From the NCBI GenBank assembly GCA_963705725.1, contig CAVPKM010000017.1, forward strand, positions 1 to 64,000: 64,000 nt of DNA. The letters are read 5' to 3'. The stretch is from an uncultured Gammaproteobacteria bacterium. GTDB taxonomy: Bacteria > Pseudomonadota > Gammaproteobacteria > UBA6002. Position numbers and translations under genes: made by a program. Below the pieces are notes generated by a model. It had not been told where the DNA came from, searched no databases, and worked only from the letters and a program-made list of their open reading frames with translations. Within the stretch, counting starts at the first letter, position 1, and each line of letters starts with the position of its first letter. Shown in pieces: positions 53,481 to 63,201 of this stretch.

Positions 53481-53513
53481 ATTTAAGCATATTAAGATTA
53501 ATAAACTATGAAC
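53481..53513 (-). promoter_or_regulatory. PmrA-like box (paralogous copy at 56922-56954)
   Basis: gTTCATAGT-tt-aTTAATCTT and cTTCATATT-at-aTTAATTTT, each followed by N7 and TTAAATAGTAGAAAAG. Confidence 0.45.
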
Positions 53514-53525
53514 AGCTTCATTTTT

Positions 53526-56500
53526 TTAACTATTTCGAGCACTTTTTCGGTTTGTTGGTGGTTCAGGGGTATCGACTTTTATAGCACCCATTTGTTTTTT
53601 CTTTTTATCGAAAAATGTTAGCCCTTGTTGCACTTTATGTCCGGTTTGAGTGGCTGCAGGCTTTTTATAACTGAGAGACATCAGGGCTCGATACACATAA
53701 TAACCAGTCGCCAGACCTGCAGTGAGCACCATGATGCCGACCGTCTTAAGAAAACCGGTTACTATTCGTGATGTGTTTTTAAATTGTTTAATTTTGTCAA
53801 TAACTTTTATGTTGTTATTTATATAAGGCTTAGCTTCTAGGCCACTTATAGATGCTTGTATTTTTCCTTTCACGGAGATGAAATCAACTGCTTGTCCAGC
53901 TTGTTGCTGATTTTGTTGTTGTGTTTCCTGTTGTTTTACTCTAGCAAGAGGAAAATGGATCATATTAACCTGCTCAATCAAGCCTTCAATTTTATGGTAG
54001 TTGTCATCACCCATGATTTCATAGTAGACGTCGTTATTGTAATATTGATTTATTTTTAAGAGCTTTTGGTCAGGATTGTTGGCATGGTTTAATATTAGAT
54101 TTTTTATTTTTTCAAAGTCTTCACCATAAGCCCAAAAAATACCCGGTGTGCAGGCTTCATTTAGCTGTTCGATTAATTCCTGTAGATATTTTTCTTGAGG
54201 ATCTTTTAATGCAGCTTGATATAAAGTTTGAGAAATTTCAGAAACGCGTTGGTATAAATCAGGGCAGGTTAGCTTTATCGCATTGGCTAGCTTATTGCCA
54301 TCTTTTTCAGATAATAAAATTTCTGTCATTTTATAAGCAATGGCCTTCTTTGTCTTTTCGTCTGGAAGCTCATTGTATTGTTCTGCCCATTTCATTTTTT
54401 CTTTAGAGGTGGTGAGGAAGTGAATATAAGATTTATAATCTTGAGTTGTTCGGTTAACTGCTAGACCCTGCAGATTATTAGTCCTCTTAAGATATTGAAA
54501 TGCTTCCAGTAGGTTACCAAGAGAAGAGTCAACCTTATACAGTTGATTAATTTTATCGAAATCATCATGAGTGAGAAGTAATTGTTTATTTACCTGTTGA
54601 ATAACATGCTTACGAATATCAGGCGCCCTAGATTTATCAGCATTTTTGGTCAATTCATTCATAATTGAAGTCAATTCTTCAATATCAAAAAACTCATTTT
54701 CTTGTAGCTTAGTTAATAGAGGAATTAATTTGTTAACGGTTTCTTCTACTCCATACTTTTCCTCTTCTTGCCTTAAAATACTCGAATCGAGAAATAGATT
54801 AAATTTACTACTAAGCGTTTGTTTTTCACTATCAGGAATTACCCCAAAAAGATGGCTGTTGACCAGCAGTGCAGCGAGTTTGAATTTAAAGTTATTATTT
54901 TGAGAATAATTGTTTAACACCGTCCATTCTTCATCGCTCAGTGTTCGTAAAACGGTCATACTGCGACGCAGATCATTGTAATCAGTTGGATTAACCTTGT
55001 TAAGTGTTTTAATTGGAGCCCAATCTTCCAGGTTTAGTGAAATGCTGTCTTGACCCTGATAAGTAATAAGTCGATCAATGTAAGGTTTGACTTTACCAAT
55101 ATAGTCTTGAGAAGGTTTATCTACTGATTCTAAACCTTCATAATCTTTCAGATAATAATTATCATTAAGATGCCTAAATGCTCCTCGAAGACTCCCAAGA
55201 GATTTGTTTTTCATCTCAGAATCAGCGAGCTTATTTATTTTATAAAAATCGTCCTTGGTTAGAGGTAATTTTTCATGTACTTTTTTAATAACATGCTTAA
55301 AAATTTCGGGTTGAATAGAAGGATGAAATTTTTGGAATGACTCATCAATAATTCCACTTAACTGATTGATGTCAAAAGGCTCATTCTTTTGCAGCTTAGT
55401 TAATAAATCAATTAAATTGGTAACGGTTTCTTCTATTTTATACGCTTTCTCTTCGCTCTTTAAAATATTCTCTTTGAAATCAAGAAAAGCTATAAATTTT
55501 TTCTCAAGTTCATTTTTTTCAGTGTCATCAATGACATTTAAAAGATGGCTGTTAATAAGAAGCACGACGGCCTTGTTTTTTTGGGGATAATTACTTAACG
55601 TCCTCCATTCTTGAGGATTAAATGTGATTAAAATGCTCATGCAACGACGTAGGTCATCTATATTTAACGGATCAGCTTTTTCAAAAATTTTAATGGGTAT
55701 CCAATTTTCCAAATTTTTTGGGATTTCGTCTCGGTCTAGGACGGAATGTAAATTAGAACAATTTGAATACCAAGATTTACTTAAATATTCCAAGTGATAG
55801 TGTCCTGGATTCCCAGAAAGCTTTACCGTGCTCACATAGGTGCAGAGAGGAATTGTTTGTTTGGTTTTAAACCTATCCGCAGCATCTTTCCCAAAAATTG
55901 TAGCATGTTCGGATGTTTGTTCTTGTAATTTTCCCTCTGCATTCAAAGAAAATGATTTTTCCTTTATCAATGCAGCAGTAAAACTTGTCACTACTTCAAA
56001 TTCAATCTCACCCTCCTCATTTTTGAAACAAGTAACTTTACCCCTACTCATAGCAGGAATAAAAATTTCCTCTGATAAATCCTGCTCGCTTAATTGCCCA
56101 TTGCTTTCTCTCACTAAAATTTTTCCGGTAAGAGAGAGTGTATTCTTTGCTTCTTCAAGATCAGTGGCGAATAAAGATTGATTGATAAAAGCATTAATGA
56201 AATCAGCTTTTGTTTCTGATCCGCTTTCACTTATTTTATCGCCGGTAAAGGATTCAATTAATCTTATTTCAGGAGAAAAATCGGTATCTAATTTTGGTTC
56301 GATTTGATATTGACTAACCTTGTCATCTATTCCATCAAATTTAATACCATGACGACGAATATCGGTAGGAGCCGTAGCTTTGTCCGATAAAGCAGAGCGT
56401 TGAGATCCTTTCTCTGCTTTTTGTGTACTAAAACTTTTTTTTAAAAAATTTTCGGGATATTTAAAGGTGGGATTTGGAAAAGATTCCAGGCTATTCGCCT

Positions 56501-56891
56501 TGATTAGGCTATTTTCTATTTGATTGATCAAATATTGATGAAAATCGAATAATTTACTTACAAAATCACCGCTATCTTTCGGAGACAAAGAAAATTCTGG
56601 TAAGTTAAGAGCGTCAGCATTTTGAATTGAAAGATTGGCCAACCCTTCTAGAGGATATTTTGCATGGCTCGCTTCGCTGAAAATCTTTAATCCTTTTGCG
56701 TACTCTCCGATGATTGAAGCGAAAGTCTCCCCATCAATCTTTACTCCCTCAATTACCTCAGCCAGCGTCGTCATATCAGTCACCATCATCATGGGATCTA
56801 ATTTAGTCAAAATATAACTGGCCAAGGCTTGTTCGGATGGATTACCATCTTTGTTTATTATTTCTTGAAAATATTCTATATAGCTTTGCAT
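53526..56891 (-). CDS. Orphan protein (~1121 aa) with duplicated internal domain, candidate effector
   Basis: Start MQSY chosen from the leader shared with its paralog; two W.PIK...DLRR.M..L modules. Confidence 0.8.
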   Translation of the reverse strand: MQSYIEYFQEIINKDGNPSEQALASYILTKLDPMMMVTDMTTLAEVIEGVKIDGETFASIIGEYAKGLKIFSEASHAKYPLEGLANLSIQNADALNLPEFSLSPKDSGDFVSKLFDFHQYLINQIENSLIKANSLESFPNPTFKYPENFLKKSFSTQKAEKGSQRSALSDKATAPTDIRRHGIKFDGIDDKVSQYQIEPKLDTDFSPEIRLIESFTGDKISESGSETKADFINAFINQSLFATDLEEAKNTLSLTGKILVRESNGQLSEQDLSEEIFIPAMSRGKVTCFKNEEGEIEFEVVTSFTAALIKEKSFSLNAEGKLQEQTSEHATIFGKDAADRFKTKQTIPLCTYVSTVKLSGNPGHYHLEYLSKSWYSNCSNLHSVLDRDEIPKNLENWIPIKIFEKADPLNIDDLRRCMSILITFNPQEWRTLSNYPQKNKAVVLLINSHLLNVIDDTEKNELEKKFIAFLDFKENILKSEEKAYKIEETVTNLIDLLTKLQKNEPFDINQLSGIIDESFQKFHPSIQPEIFKHVIKKVHEKLPLTKDDFYKINKLADSEMKNKSLGSLRGAFRHLNDNYYLKDYEGLESVDKPSQDYIGKVKPYIDRLITYQGQDSISLNLEDWAPIKTLNKVNPTDYNDLRRSMTVLRTLSDEEWTVLNNYSQNNNFKFKLAALLVNSHLFGVIPDSEKQTLSSKFNLFLDSSILRQEEEKYGVEETVNKLIPLLTKLQENEFFDIEELTSIMNELTKNADKSRAPDIRKHVIQQVNKQLLLTHDDFDKINQLYKVDSSLGNLLEAFQYLKRTNNLQGLAVNRTTQDYKSYIHFLTTSKEKMKWAEQYNELPDEKTKKAIAYKMTEILLSEKDGNKLANAIKLTCPDLYQRVSEISQTLYQAALKDPQEKYLQELIEQLNEACTPGIFWAYGEDFEKIKNLILNHANNPDQKLLKINQYYNNDVYYEIMGDDNYHKIEGLIEQVNMIHFPLARVKQQETQQQNQQQAGQAVDFISVKGKIQASISGLEAKPYINNNIKVIDKIKQFKNTSRIVTGFLKTVGIMVLTAGLATGYYVYRALMSLSYKKPAATQTGHKVQQGLTFFDKKKKQMGAIKVDTPEPPTNRKSARNS

Positions 56892-57045
56892 AATGACTTT
56901 TCTCTCTAGTGCTTTTCTACTATTTAAGCACACTAAAATTAATATAATATGAAGAACTTTATTTATTATTATTATTTTTTTTCGATAAAAACAATTTTTT
57001 AGTATAGCTAATTTTAACTATTTTTCAATATATTATAGTATAAAA

Positions 57046-57684
57046 ATGAAAATCATTAGTGAGCCAGTGGGTATTTTAGGTGGGACATTTGATCCAATTC
57101 ACCATGGTCACCTTCATATTGCCAAATGTGTGGTAGAGCAGACCCCAATTAAATGCATTAAACTTTTGCCTTGCTATCAACCTGTGCATCGACCGCCCCC
57201 TATTGCTTCTGTTGAAGATCGCGTTGAGATGATTCGTCAAGCAATAGAAAACGTGCCCTATCTTGAGCTAGATACCACAGAGCTTGAAAGAAAATCGCCT
57301 TCTTATATGATTGATACTTTGAAAATATTAAGAAGTCACTATCCTAACGTCCCTTTCAGCTTAATCTTGGGAACAGATGTTTATCAGCGTATTAATACCT
57401 GGAGGGATTGGCAGAAGCTTCTCGATTACACACATTTTCTTGTATTGAATCGTCCAAAGTCTTTATTTTTTCATGTGGATACTTGGCTAAAGAACCATGA
57501 AACTCAGGAAATATTGGATCTAAAAACCCAACTAGCCGGAAAAATTTATTTTGCGCATATTGTAGAAAGTCCCATCTCTTCGACAGAAATTAGAAATCAA
57601 GTGAGAGGAGGTCAGGTGATTGATGAGGTTGTGCCAAGAGGGGTAGTTGCCTATATTAAACAAAAAAATTTATACCCTTCGTGA
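57046..57684 (+). CDS. nadD: Nicotinate-nucleotide adenylyltransferase
   Basis: GGTFDPIHHGH, SYMIDTL and ISSTEIR motifs. Confidence 0.95.
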   Translation: MKIISEPVGILGGTFDPIHHGHLHIAKCVVEQTPIKCIKLLPCYQPVHRPPPIASVEDRVEMIRQAIENVPYLELDTTELERKSPSYMIDTLKILRSHYPNVPFSLILGTDVYQRINTWRDWQKLLDYTHFLVLNRPKSLFFHVDTWLKNHETQEILDLKTQLAGKIYFAHIVESPISSTEIRNQVRGGQVIDEVVPRGVVAYIKQKNLYPS

Positions 57685-57707
57685 ATGATTTTATGCGTTG
57701 TTGCAAG
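57671..57707. repeat. Half copy of the TATACCCTTCG-family element
   Basis: TATACCCTTCGTGAATGATTTTATGCGTTGTTGCAAG is the near reverse complement of 28533-28564; contains the nadD stop. Confidence 0.8.
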
Positions 57708-57709
57708 TG

Positions 57710-58720
57710 TTACAGGCAAAAAGGTCCGCAAAAGCGAAGGACAATGGTTTGCAGCGCTTGCCAGCTGTTTCCTTGAGCCATGCCCTTGATGATTCGATCG
57801 ACCTTTCCACCTTCTAATAGTTGCTGGTTTAAATCTTCTATCGTCAGCCTGTTAATGGCTTTATTGACCAAAGGCTTTTTTTTATCCCAAATTTGATGAT
57901 TTCGACAAATGGTTTCAAAATCGCTTGGCTGGGATTTGAGTTTGGATTTAACGGTCAACAGCAGTCGAACTTCACGCATTAATGCCCAAAGAATTAAGAT
58001 CGGGTCAGTAGCTTGTTCTTGTAACTTAGTAAGAATCCGAAGTCCTTTTTTCGCATTACCTTCCAAAAGGACATCGGTTAGTTGAAAGAGATCAAAGCAT
58101 GCGCTATCACCGATGACTTCCCTCATCTCCTCTAAAGAAATGCATCCTTTAAATAGCAAGGCCAGCTTATTAATTTCTTGCGCGCAAGCAAGTAAATTAC
58201 CTTCAGTTTGGGCATCTAAAAATTGGATAGCGGCTTCTTGGCACTGTAATTGGTGATCAGCAAGGCGCTTTTTTATCCAAGCCTGTCGCTTTGCAAGATC
58301 AAGGGGCCAGATTGCTAGGTGGGCACCTTTTTTAGTCAATGCTAGATACCAGTTGGATTTTTGTGCACTAGCATCAAGTTTTTCACTAATGATAACAACC
58401 AGTTGGTCTTGATCAATTTTCTCAAGAAATTGAAGAAATAATTTTGCTGCAGAAGCAGTAGGACTTTGTATTAATTTGATTTCTATATAGGTTTTTTCAC
58501 TGAAAAGTGAGAGAGATTGGGTTGCTTCAAGCGGTAGATTCCAGTCAAAATCTTTTTGTGTCTCAAAACGCTCAATATCAGTAAAGCCTTGCGCCTTAGC
58601 ATGATGACGAATCAGGTCTCTGGATTCTTGAATAAGTAGGTATTCATCTCCCGAAATCAAGTAAACCGACAGTAAATTTTTTTTTAAATGTAATGGTAGC
58701 TGGGAGTAATTAAGCTTCAT
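57710..58720 (-). CDS. holA: DNA polymerase III delta subunit
   Basis: YLISGDE.LL, SLSLFS and EGNLLACAQEI.KL motifs; downstream of lptE. Confidence 0.93.
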   Translation of the reverse strand: MKLNYSQLPLHLKKNLLSVYLISGDEYLLIQESRDLIRHHAKAQGFTDIERFETQKDFDWNLPLEATQSLSLFSEKTYIEIKLIQSPTASAAKLFLQFLEKIDQDQLVVIISEKLDASAQKSNWYLALTKKGAHLAIWPLDLAKRQAWIKKRLADHQLQCQEAAIQFLDAQTEGNLLACAQEINKLALLFKGCISLEEMREVIGDSACFDLFQLTDVLLEGNAKKGLRILTKLQEQATDPILILWALMREVRLLLTVKSKLKSQPSDFETICRNHQIWDKKKPLVNKAINRLTIEDLNQQLLEGGKVDRIIKGMAQGNSWQALQTIVLRFCGPFCL

Positions 58721-58722
58721 AT

Positions 58723-59199
58723 TTAAATAGTGAGTAGGCTATTTACAATCATATGGGCAATCTCTTCATGTAGTTGCATTCTTAATAGTTCCAATTGTGC
58801 TGTCGATTCGAGAGCCGTGCCTGCATTAATTATTAAAGATTCACTGGTTTTTGCTTTTTGCGGAGCAACGAGGGCATGGCCGCTTCCATCAAATACCCCA
58901 AAGGTGACTTCAAAATAGTAAACAAAAACTCTAGCTTGATTGCTACCGCCAATTGTTGGAACATCTTGATACAGAGCGGAATGATAGATATGAATCACAT
59001 AAGGCGCATTCCCTCCGCTTCTTCGAATTACTCTAACATTCATCTGTTCTAACGTTCTTCTTAAGGCAGATTCTACATCATAGGGAGCGCCGGTTATTTT
59101 GATGCAATGAATGCTAGCTGGCAGCACATGCTGATTTCGTAGATGAAAACCGCAGGCGCTAAGTAGGATCACCAATAAAAGTGACCAGAGGATTTTCAT
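58723..59199 (-). CDS. lptE: LPS assembly lipoprotein LptE
   Basis: LSACGFHLR lipobox; position between leuS and holA. Confidence 0.85.
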   Translation of the reverse strand: MKILWSLLLVILLSACGFHLRNQHVLPASIHCIKITGAPYDVESALRRTLEQMNVRVIRRSGGNAPYVIHIYHSALYQDVPTIGGSNQARVFVYYFEVTFGVFDGSGHALVAPQKAKTSESLIINAGTALESTAQLELLRMQLHEEIAHMIVNSLLTI

Positions 59200-61655
59200 A
59201 GGACAATATTAATTAATTTATGAGGCACAATCACGACTCGCTTCAGCGCCTTGTCTAAAATAAATTTTTGTACTTGAGAATCGGCAAGCGCAGTTTGTTT
59301 AATCCATTCCTCATCTGCATCAATCGGTATCGTGATTTCACCGCGTAGTTTCCCGTTGACTTGTACCCGCATTTTAACCGTGTCAGATTTTAGCGCGCGA
59401 TTATCGGCTTTTGGCCAGCTGGCTTTTGCAATATCGGATCCATAACCCAGTTTCTGCCAAAGGTAATGGGCAAAATGTGGCGTGATCGGATTTAATAAAC
59501 GCAATAAAATTCCAAGGCCTTCATGAATTAGGGTGAGCGAGGCTTCTTCTGCTGTGATGCTTTGAAGTAAATTAAATAGTTTCATGCAAGCAGAGACCAC
59601 TGTATTAAATTGCATGCGATCCATGTCTTGATTTGCTTGTTTTAAAATCGCATGAATTTCTCTGCGCGTTTCTTTTAATGAGAGAGGAAGTGTCACAACT
59701 TGCTCTTCATTATAGCTATGATACTTGAGAGACAGCTTGATATTTTCAGCGAAGTGATAGACGCGACGCAAGAAGCGATATGCGCCTTCTACGCCACTAT
59801 CTGACCATTCTAATGCTTGTTCGGGAGGAGCCGCAAAAATAATAAAGAGTCGGATGGTGTCGGCGCCAAATTTTTCAATTAAATTTCTGGGAGAAACCAC
59901 GTTGCCTTTAGATTTAGACATTTTAGCGCCATCTTTTAGTACCATGCCTTGTGTGAGTAGATGAGTAAAGGGTTCATCAGAATTTAAGATGCCTTCATCG
60001 CGCAGTAATTTATGAACGAATCTTGCATAGAGTAAGTGAAGGATCGCGTGTTCAATGCCGCCGATATATTGGTCAACCGGTGTCCAATATCTGGCGCGAT
60101 CATCTAACATGGCTTGATGCTGATTATAAGAGCAATAACGCGCGTAGTACCAAGAAGATTCCATAAAGGTATCGAAAGTATCTGTCTCTCTTTTAGCCGA
60201 TTCACCGCATTGAGGGCAGGTTGTTTGATAAAAGCTTTCAAGTCTTGCTAGAGGCGAACCCGTTCCTTCCGGAATAATATCTTCGGGTAGAACAACTGGT
60301 AACTCTTGCTCTGCGACAGGGACTGTTCCGCAATGCTCGCAATAGATAATGGGTATTGGCGCTCCCCAATATCGCTGTCTGGAAATACCCCAATCTCTTA
60401 ATCGATAATGGACGGTTCGTTTGCCAGTATGAGAAGCTTCAAGGTATTCTGTAATCGATTGTTTTGCCTCATTAGCATGTTGGCCAGTAAATTGTAAAGA
60501 ATGAATGAGCAGGCCTTCTTCAGTAAAGGGCGCAACTTGGTAATCCCAATCATCTCGATTTTCTGGCTGAATAACCGGGACGATGGGTAAATCGTATTTT
60601 TGAGCGAATGCATGATCGCGCTCATCATGTGCCGGAACTGCCATAACGGCGCCAGAGCCATACTCCATGAGTACAAAGTTGGCAATCCAAATCGGAAGGG
60701 ACTGCTTGGTAATGGGATGTATTGCTAAATATTCTGTTTGTATGCCTTTTTTATCCAGCGTGGCCAGTTCTGCCTCAGCAACTTTAATATTTTTACAAGC
60801 TTTTGCAAACGCGGCAATTTCAGGTTGATGTTTTGCTGCCTCAATTGCGAGCGGATGTTCGGGAGCAATAGCAAGATAGGTCACGCCCATCAATGTATCA
60901 GGCCTCGTGGTAAAAACCTGGAGTGCATTAGCAGCTTGATCAATAACAGAAAAAGTCACTTCCACCCCTTCGGATTTTCCAATCCAATTGCGCTGCATGG
61001 TGCGCACTTGCTCTGGCCAACCTTCGAGTGTCGCTAATCCCTTGAGAAGTTCATCTGCATAGTCAGTAATTTTTAAAAACCATTGGGAAATTTCACGCCT
61101 TTCTACTAAAGCACCTGAGCGCCAACCTCGGCCATCAACGACTTGCTCATTGGCAAGAACGGTGTGATCAACGGGATCCCAATTGACAATCGCATTTTTC
61201 TTATAAGCCAGACCTTTTTTATATAATTTAACAAACAGCCATTGTTCCCATTGATAATAATCCTTGGTACAGGTGGCAATTTCACGCTTCCAATCAATTG
61301 CATAGCCAAGTTGTTTCAGCTGCTCACGCATCTGTGCGATATTTTGATAAGTCCATTTCGAAGGAGGAAGTTTGTTCTTCATTGCTGCATTTTCAGCTGG
61401 TAAGCCAAAGGCATCCCAACCCATGGGTTGTAGTACATTTTTTCCCTGCATGCGCTGATATCTGGCGATAACATCCGCGAGGGTATAGTTACGAACATGT
61501 CCCATGTGTAATTCGCCGCTGGGGTAGGGGAGCATGGCTAGACAATAGTACTTGGCTTTATTAAAATCTTCTTTTACTTCGAAACTGCGATTGGCTTCCC
61601 AATATGCTTGGGCTTCTTTCTCGATTAAATCAGGTTGATATTCGCTTTGTGGCAT
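59196..61655 (-). CDS. leuS: Leucine--tRNA ligase
   Basis: PYPSGELHMGH, FTTRPDT, DWGISRQRYWG and KMSKS motifs. Confidence 0.98.
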   Translation of the reverse strand: MPQSEYQPDLIEKEAQAYWEANRSFEVKEDFNKAKYYCLAMLPYPSGELHMGHVRNYTLADVIARYQRMQGKNVLQPMGWDAFGLPAENAAMKNKLPPSKWTYQNIAQMREQLKQLGYAIDWKREIATCTKDYYQWEQWLFVKLYKKGLAYKKNAIVNWDPVDHTVLANEQVVDGRGWRSGALVERREISQWFLKITDYADELLKGLATLEGWPEQVRTMQRNWIGKSEGVEVTFSVIDQAANALQVFTTRPDTLMGVTYLAIAPEHPLAIEAAKHQPEIAAFAKACKNIKVAEAELATLDKKGIQTEYLAIHPITKQSLPIWIANFVLMEYGSGAVMAVPAHDERDHAFAQKYDLPIVPVIQPENRDDWDYQVAPFTEEGLLIHSLQFTGQHANEAKQSITEYLEASHTGKRTVHYRLRDWGISRQRYWGAPIPIIYCEHCGTVPVAEQELPVVLPEDIIPEGTGSPLARLESFYQTTCPQCGESAKRETDTFDTFMESSWYYARYCSYNQHQAMLDDRARYWTPVDQYIGGIEHAILHLLYARFVHKLLRDEGILNSDEPFTHLLTQGMVLKDGAKMSKSKGNVVSPRNLIEKFGADTIRLFIIFAAPPEQALEWSDSGVEGAYRFLRRVYHFAENIKLSLKYHSYNEEQVVTLPLSLKETRREIHAILKQANQDMDRMQFNTVVSACMKLFNLLQSITAEEASLTLIHEGLGILLRLLNPITPHFAHYLWQKLGYGSDIAKASWPKADNRALKSDTVKMRVQVNGKLRGEITIPIDADEEWIKQTALADSQVQKFILDKALKRVVIVPHKLINIVL

Positions 61656-61815
61656 AGTGATCTTCTAGTATTAGGAACCATTAGCATACCTGACTAATAA
61701 AAATTCTCAACTTGAGTTTTCTTAGCCGGCGAGTTCTAATAGGCTTCCTTTTGGCTGTCGCGAAGGGTATAACTTTCCTCCTAACCATTAATAAAGGGAT
61801 TTAAAAGGTAAAGGC

Positions 61816-63090
61816 ATGGTAAGAATTTTTTCACAAACAAATGTACAAAAATCTCAAGGTGCAAAGGCTTATACTGAAGCAACGCTATTTCCTATCCTCA
61901 CAGTAGATAAACTATTTCCAGAAATTGAAAAAGACCATTATTTAAGTCGAATACAGGGGCTGGTTACTCTTCCTGAGGATTATTTTGCGCTAACCTACTC
62001 AAGCTTAATCGATAATTTTGCGTATTTTGTCCAAGTGTTGCCAGAGCAATACGGGGATGAACTGGGCGGTTTGTTTCATGATGGTTTGAGACGAGCCTTG
62101 TTAGCCAGCCAATTGGTGAAAGATGCACAAGTCAATCCTCATCCACTTTTTCAATTTGCCATTTTTAGCATTGCACTTCTTGCAGATGTAGGACAGATAT
62201 TAAAATATTGTGTGATGATTTCAGATGATAAAGGAATTTATATCGATGATTGGTCCCCTTATTTAGGTTACATGTCAGAATATGGACATTATTATAAATT
62301 ACGTCCTTATGAAGACACCCCGACCTCACTGATTCGAAATGCCACTCCCTTGCTTGCTCGGCAGCTCTTAAGTGATACTGCTCTCAGCTGGCTTTCCATG
62401 AACAATCAAATTTTTGATATGTGGCTAGCATTTTTAAATAAAGGAGAGGACTGGGCAGGAGGCTTGGCAAAGATTTTAAAAATTGAACGCAATCAATTTA
62501 TTAATCGACGAGATGAATCTGGACTCGTTCCAATTGATATAAAAACTTTTGAGCCGATGTCAACTGACCTTGCAGAAAAGTTTTTAGCCTGGCTAAAAAA
62601 TGGTTTAGAAGCAGGCGAAATTAGCTATAATGCCTCCGATTCCTTGGTTCATGTGATACAAATGAACGAATATCAGCTTAGTGTCTTCTTGCAGGCTCCT
62701 GAATTATTCCAGAAATTTGTGGGTGCGTATCCCAAAGCTCGTGACTGGGTAGTCGTGTGCAAACAATTCAACCACCTGGGTTTGACTAAGCTAAGTGGTG
62801 GAGATCTAAAATTTGATCAGTTTTTCGCAGAAAGTGCCGACAGTAAAGCATCGAGTTTAGGCTTTTTAAAGGATAAAAAAGGTTCAAGCCTGCGTTCAAA
62901 AGATTTGCTTGCTTCCGCAAATAATTTCAAAGAGGGCATGGTGGTAAAAGACGCTAAGATGCTCTTTGGATCTAAAAAACCTTTAGCTTCGAGTCAGTAT
63001 TTACAGGGCGTTGAGCGACGCTGGGGTTTGGACAACGTGCTGCCAAAAACAATCCGGTCGCACAATGCACCTGCTGTTACATATAAATAA
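61816..63090 (+). CDS. TraI_2/MobH relaxase-like protein with degenerate HD site
   Basis: FVQVLP.....GGLF, ALLADVGQ, and C-terminal FLAWLKNGL..G.ISYN..DSLVH...VFLQAPELF. Confidence 0.7.
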   Translation: MVRIFSQTNVQKSQGAKAYTEATLFPILTVDKLFPEIEKDHYLSRIQGLVTLPEDYFALTYSSLIDNFAYFVQVLPEQYGDELGGLFHDGLRRALLASQLVKDAQVNPHPLFQFAIFSIALLADVGQILKYCVMISDDKGIYIDDWSPYLGYMSEYGHYYKLRPYEDTPTSLIRNATPLLARQLLSDTALSWLSMNNQIFDMWLAFLNKGEDWAGGLAKILKIERNQFINRRDESGLVPIDIKTFEPMSTDLAEKFLAWLKNGLEAGEISYNASDSLVHVIQMNEYQLSVFLQAPELFQKFVGAYPKARDWVVVCKQFNHLGLTKLSGGDLKFDQFFAESADSKASSLGFLKDKKGSSLRSKDLLASANNFKEGMVVKDAKMLFGSKKPLASSQYLQGVERRWGLDNVLPKTIRSHNAPAVTYK

Positions 63091-63093
63091 TTT

Positions 63094-63189
63094 GTAACTA
63101 CTCCGCTTTTTCAGCGAATTTTTCGTTCCAATATAGCTCAAATATGAACGTTTGTGCGTTGAACAGGCTCTTACCCCGTGAGCAGTTAC
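63094..63189 (+). mobile_element. 96-bp sister-subfamily MITE with 8-bp target duplication
   Basis: GTAACTACTC...GAGCAGTTAC flanked by AATAATTT at 63086-63093 and 63190-63197. Confidence 0.85.
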
Positions 63190-63201
63190 AATAATTTAAT
63201 G

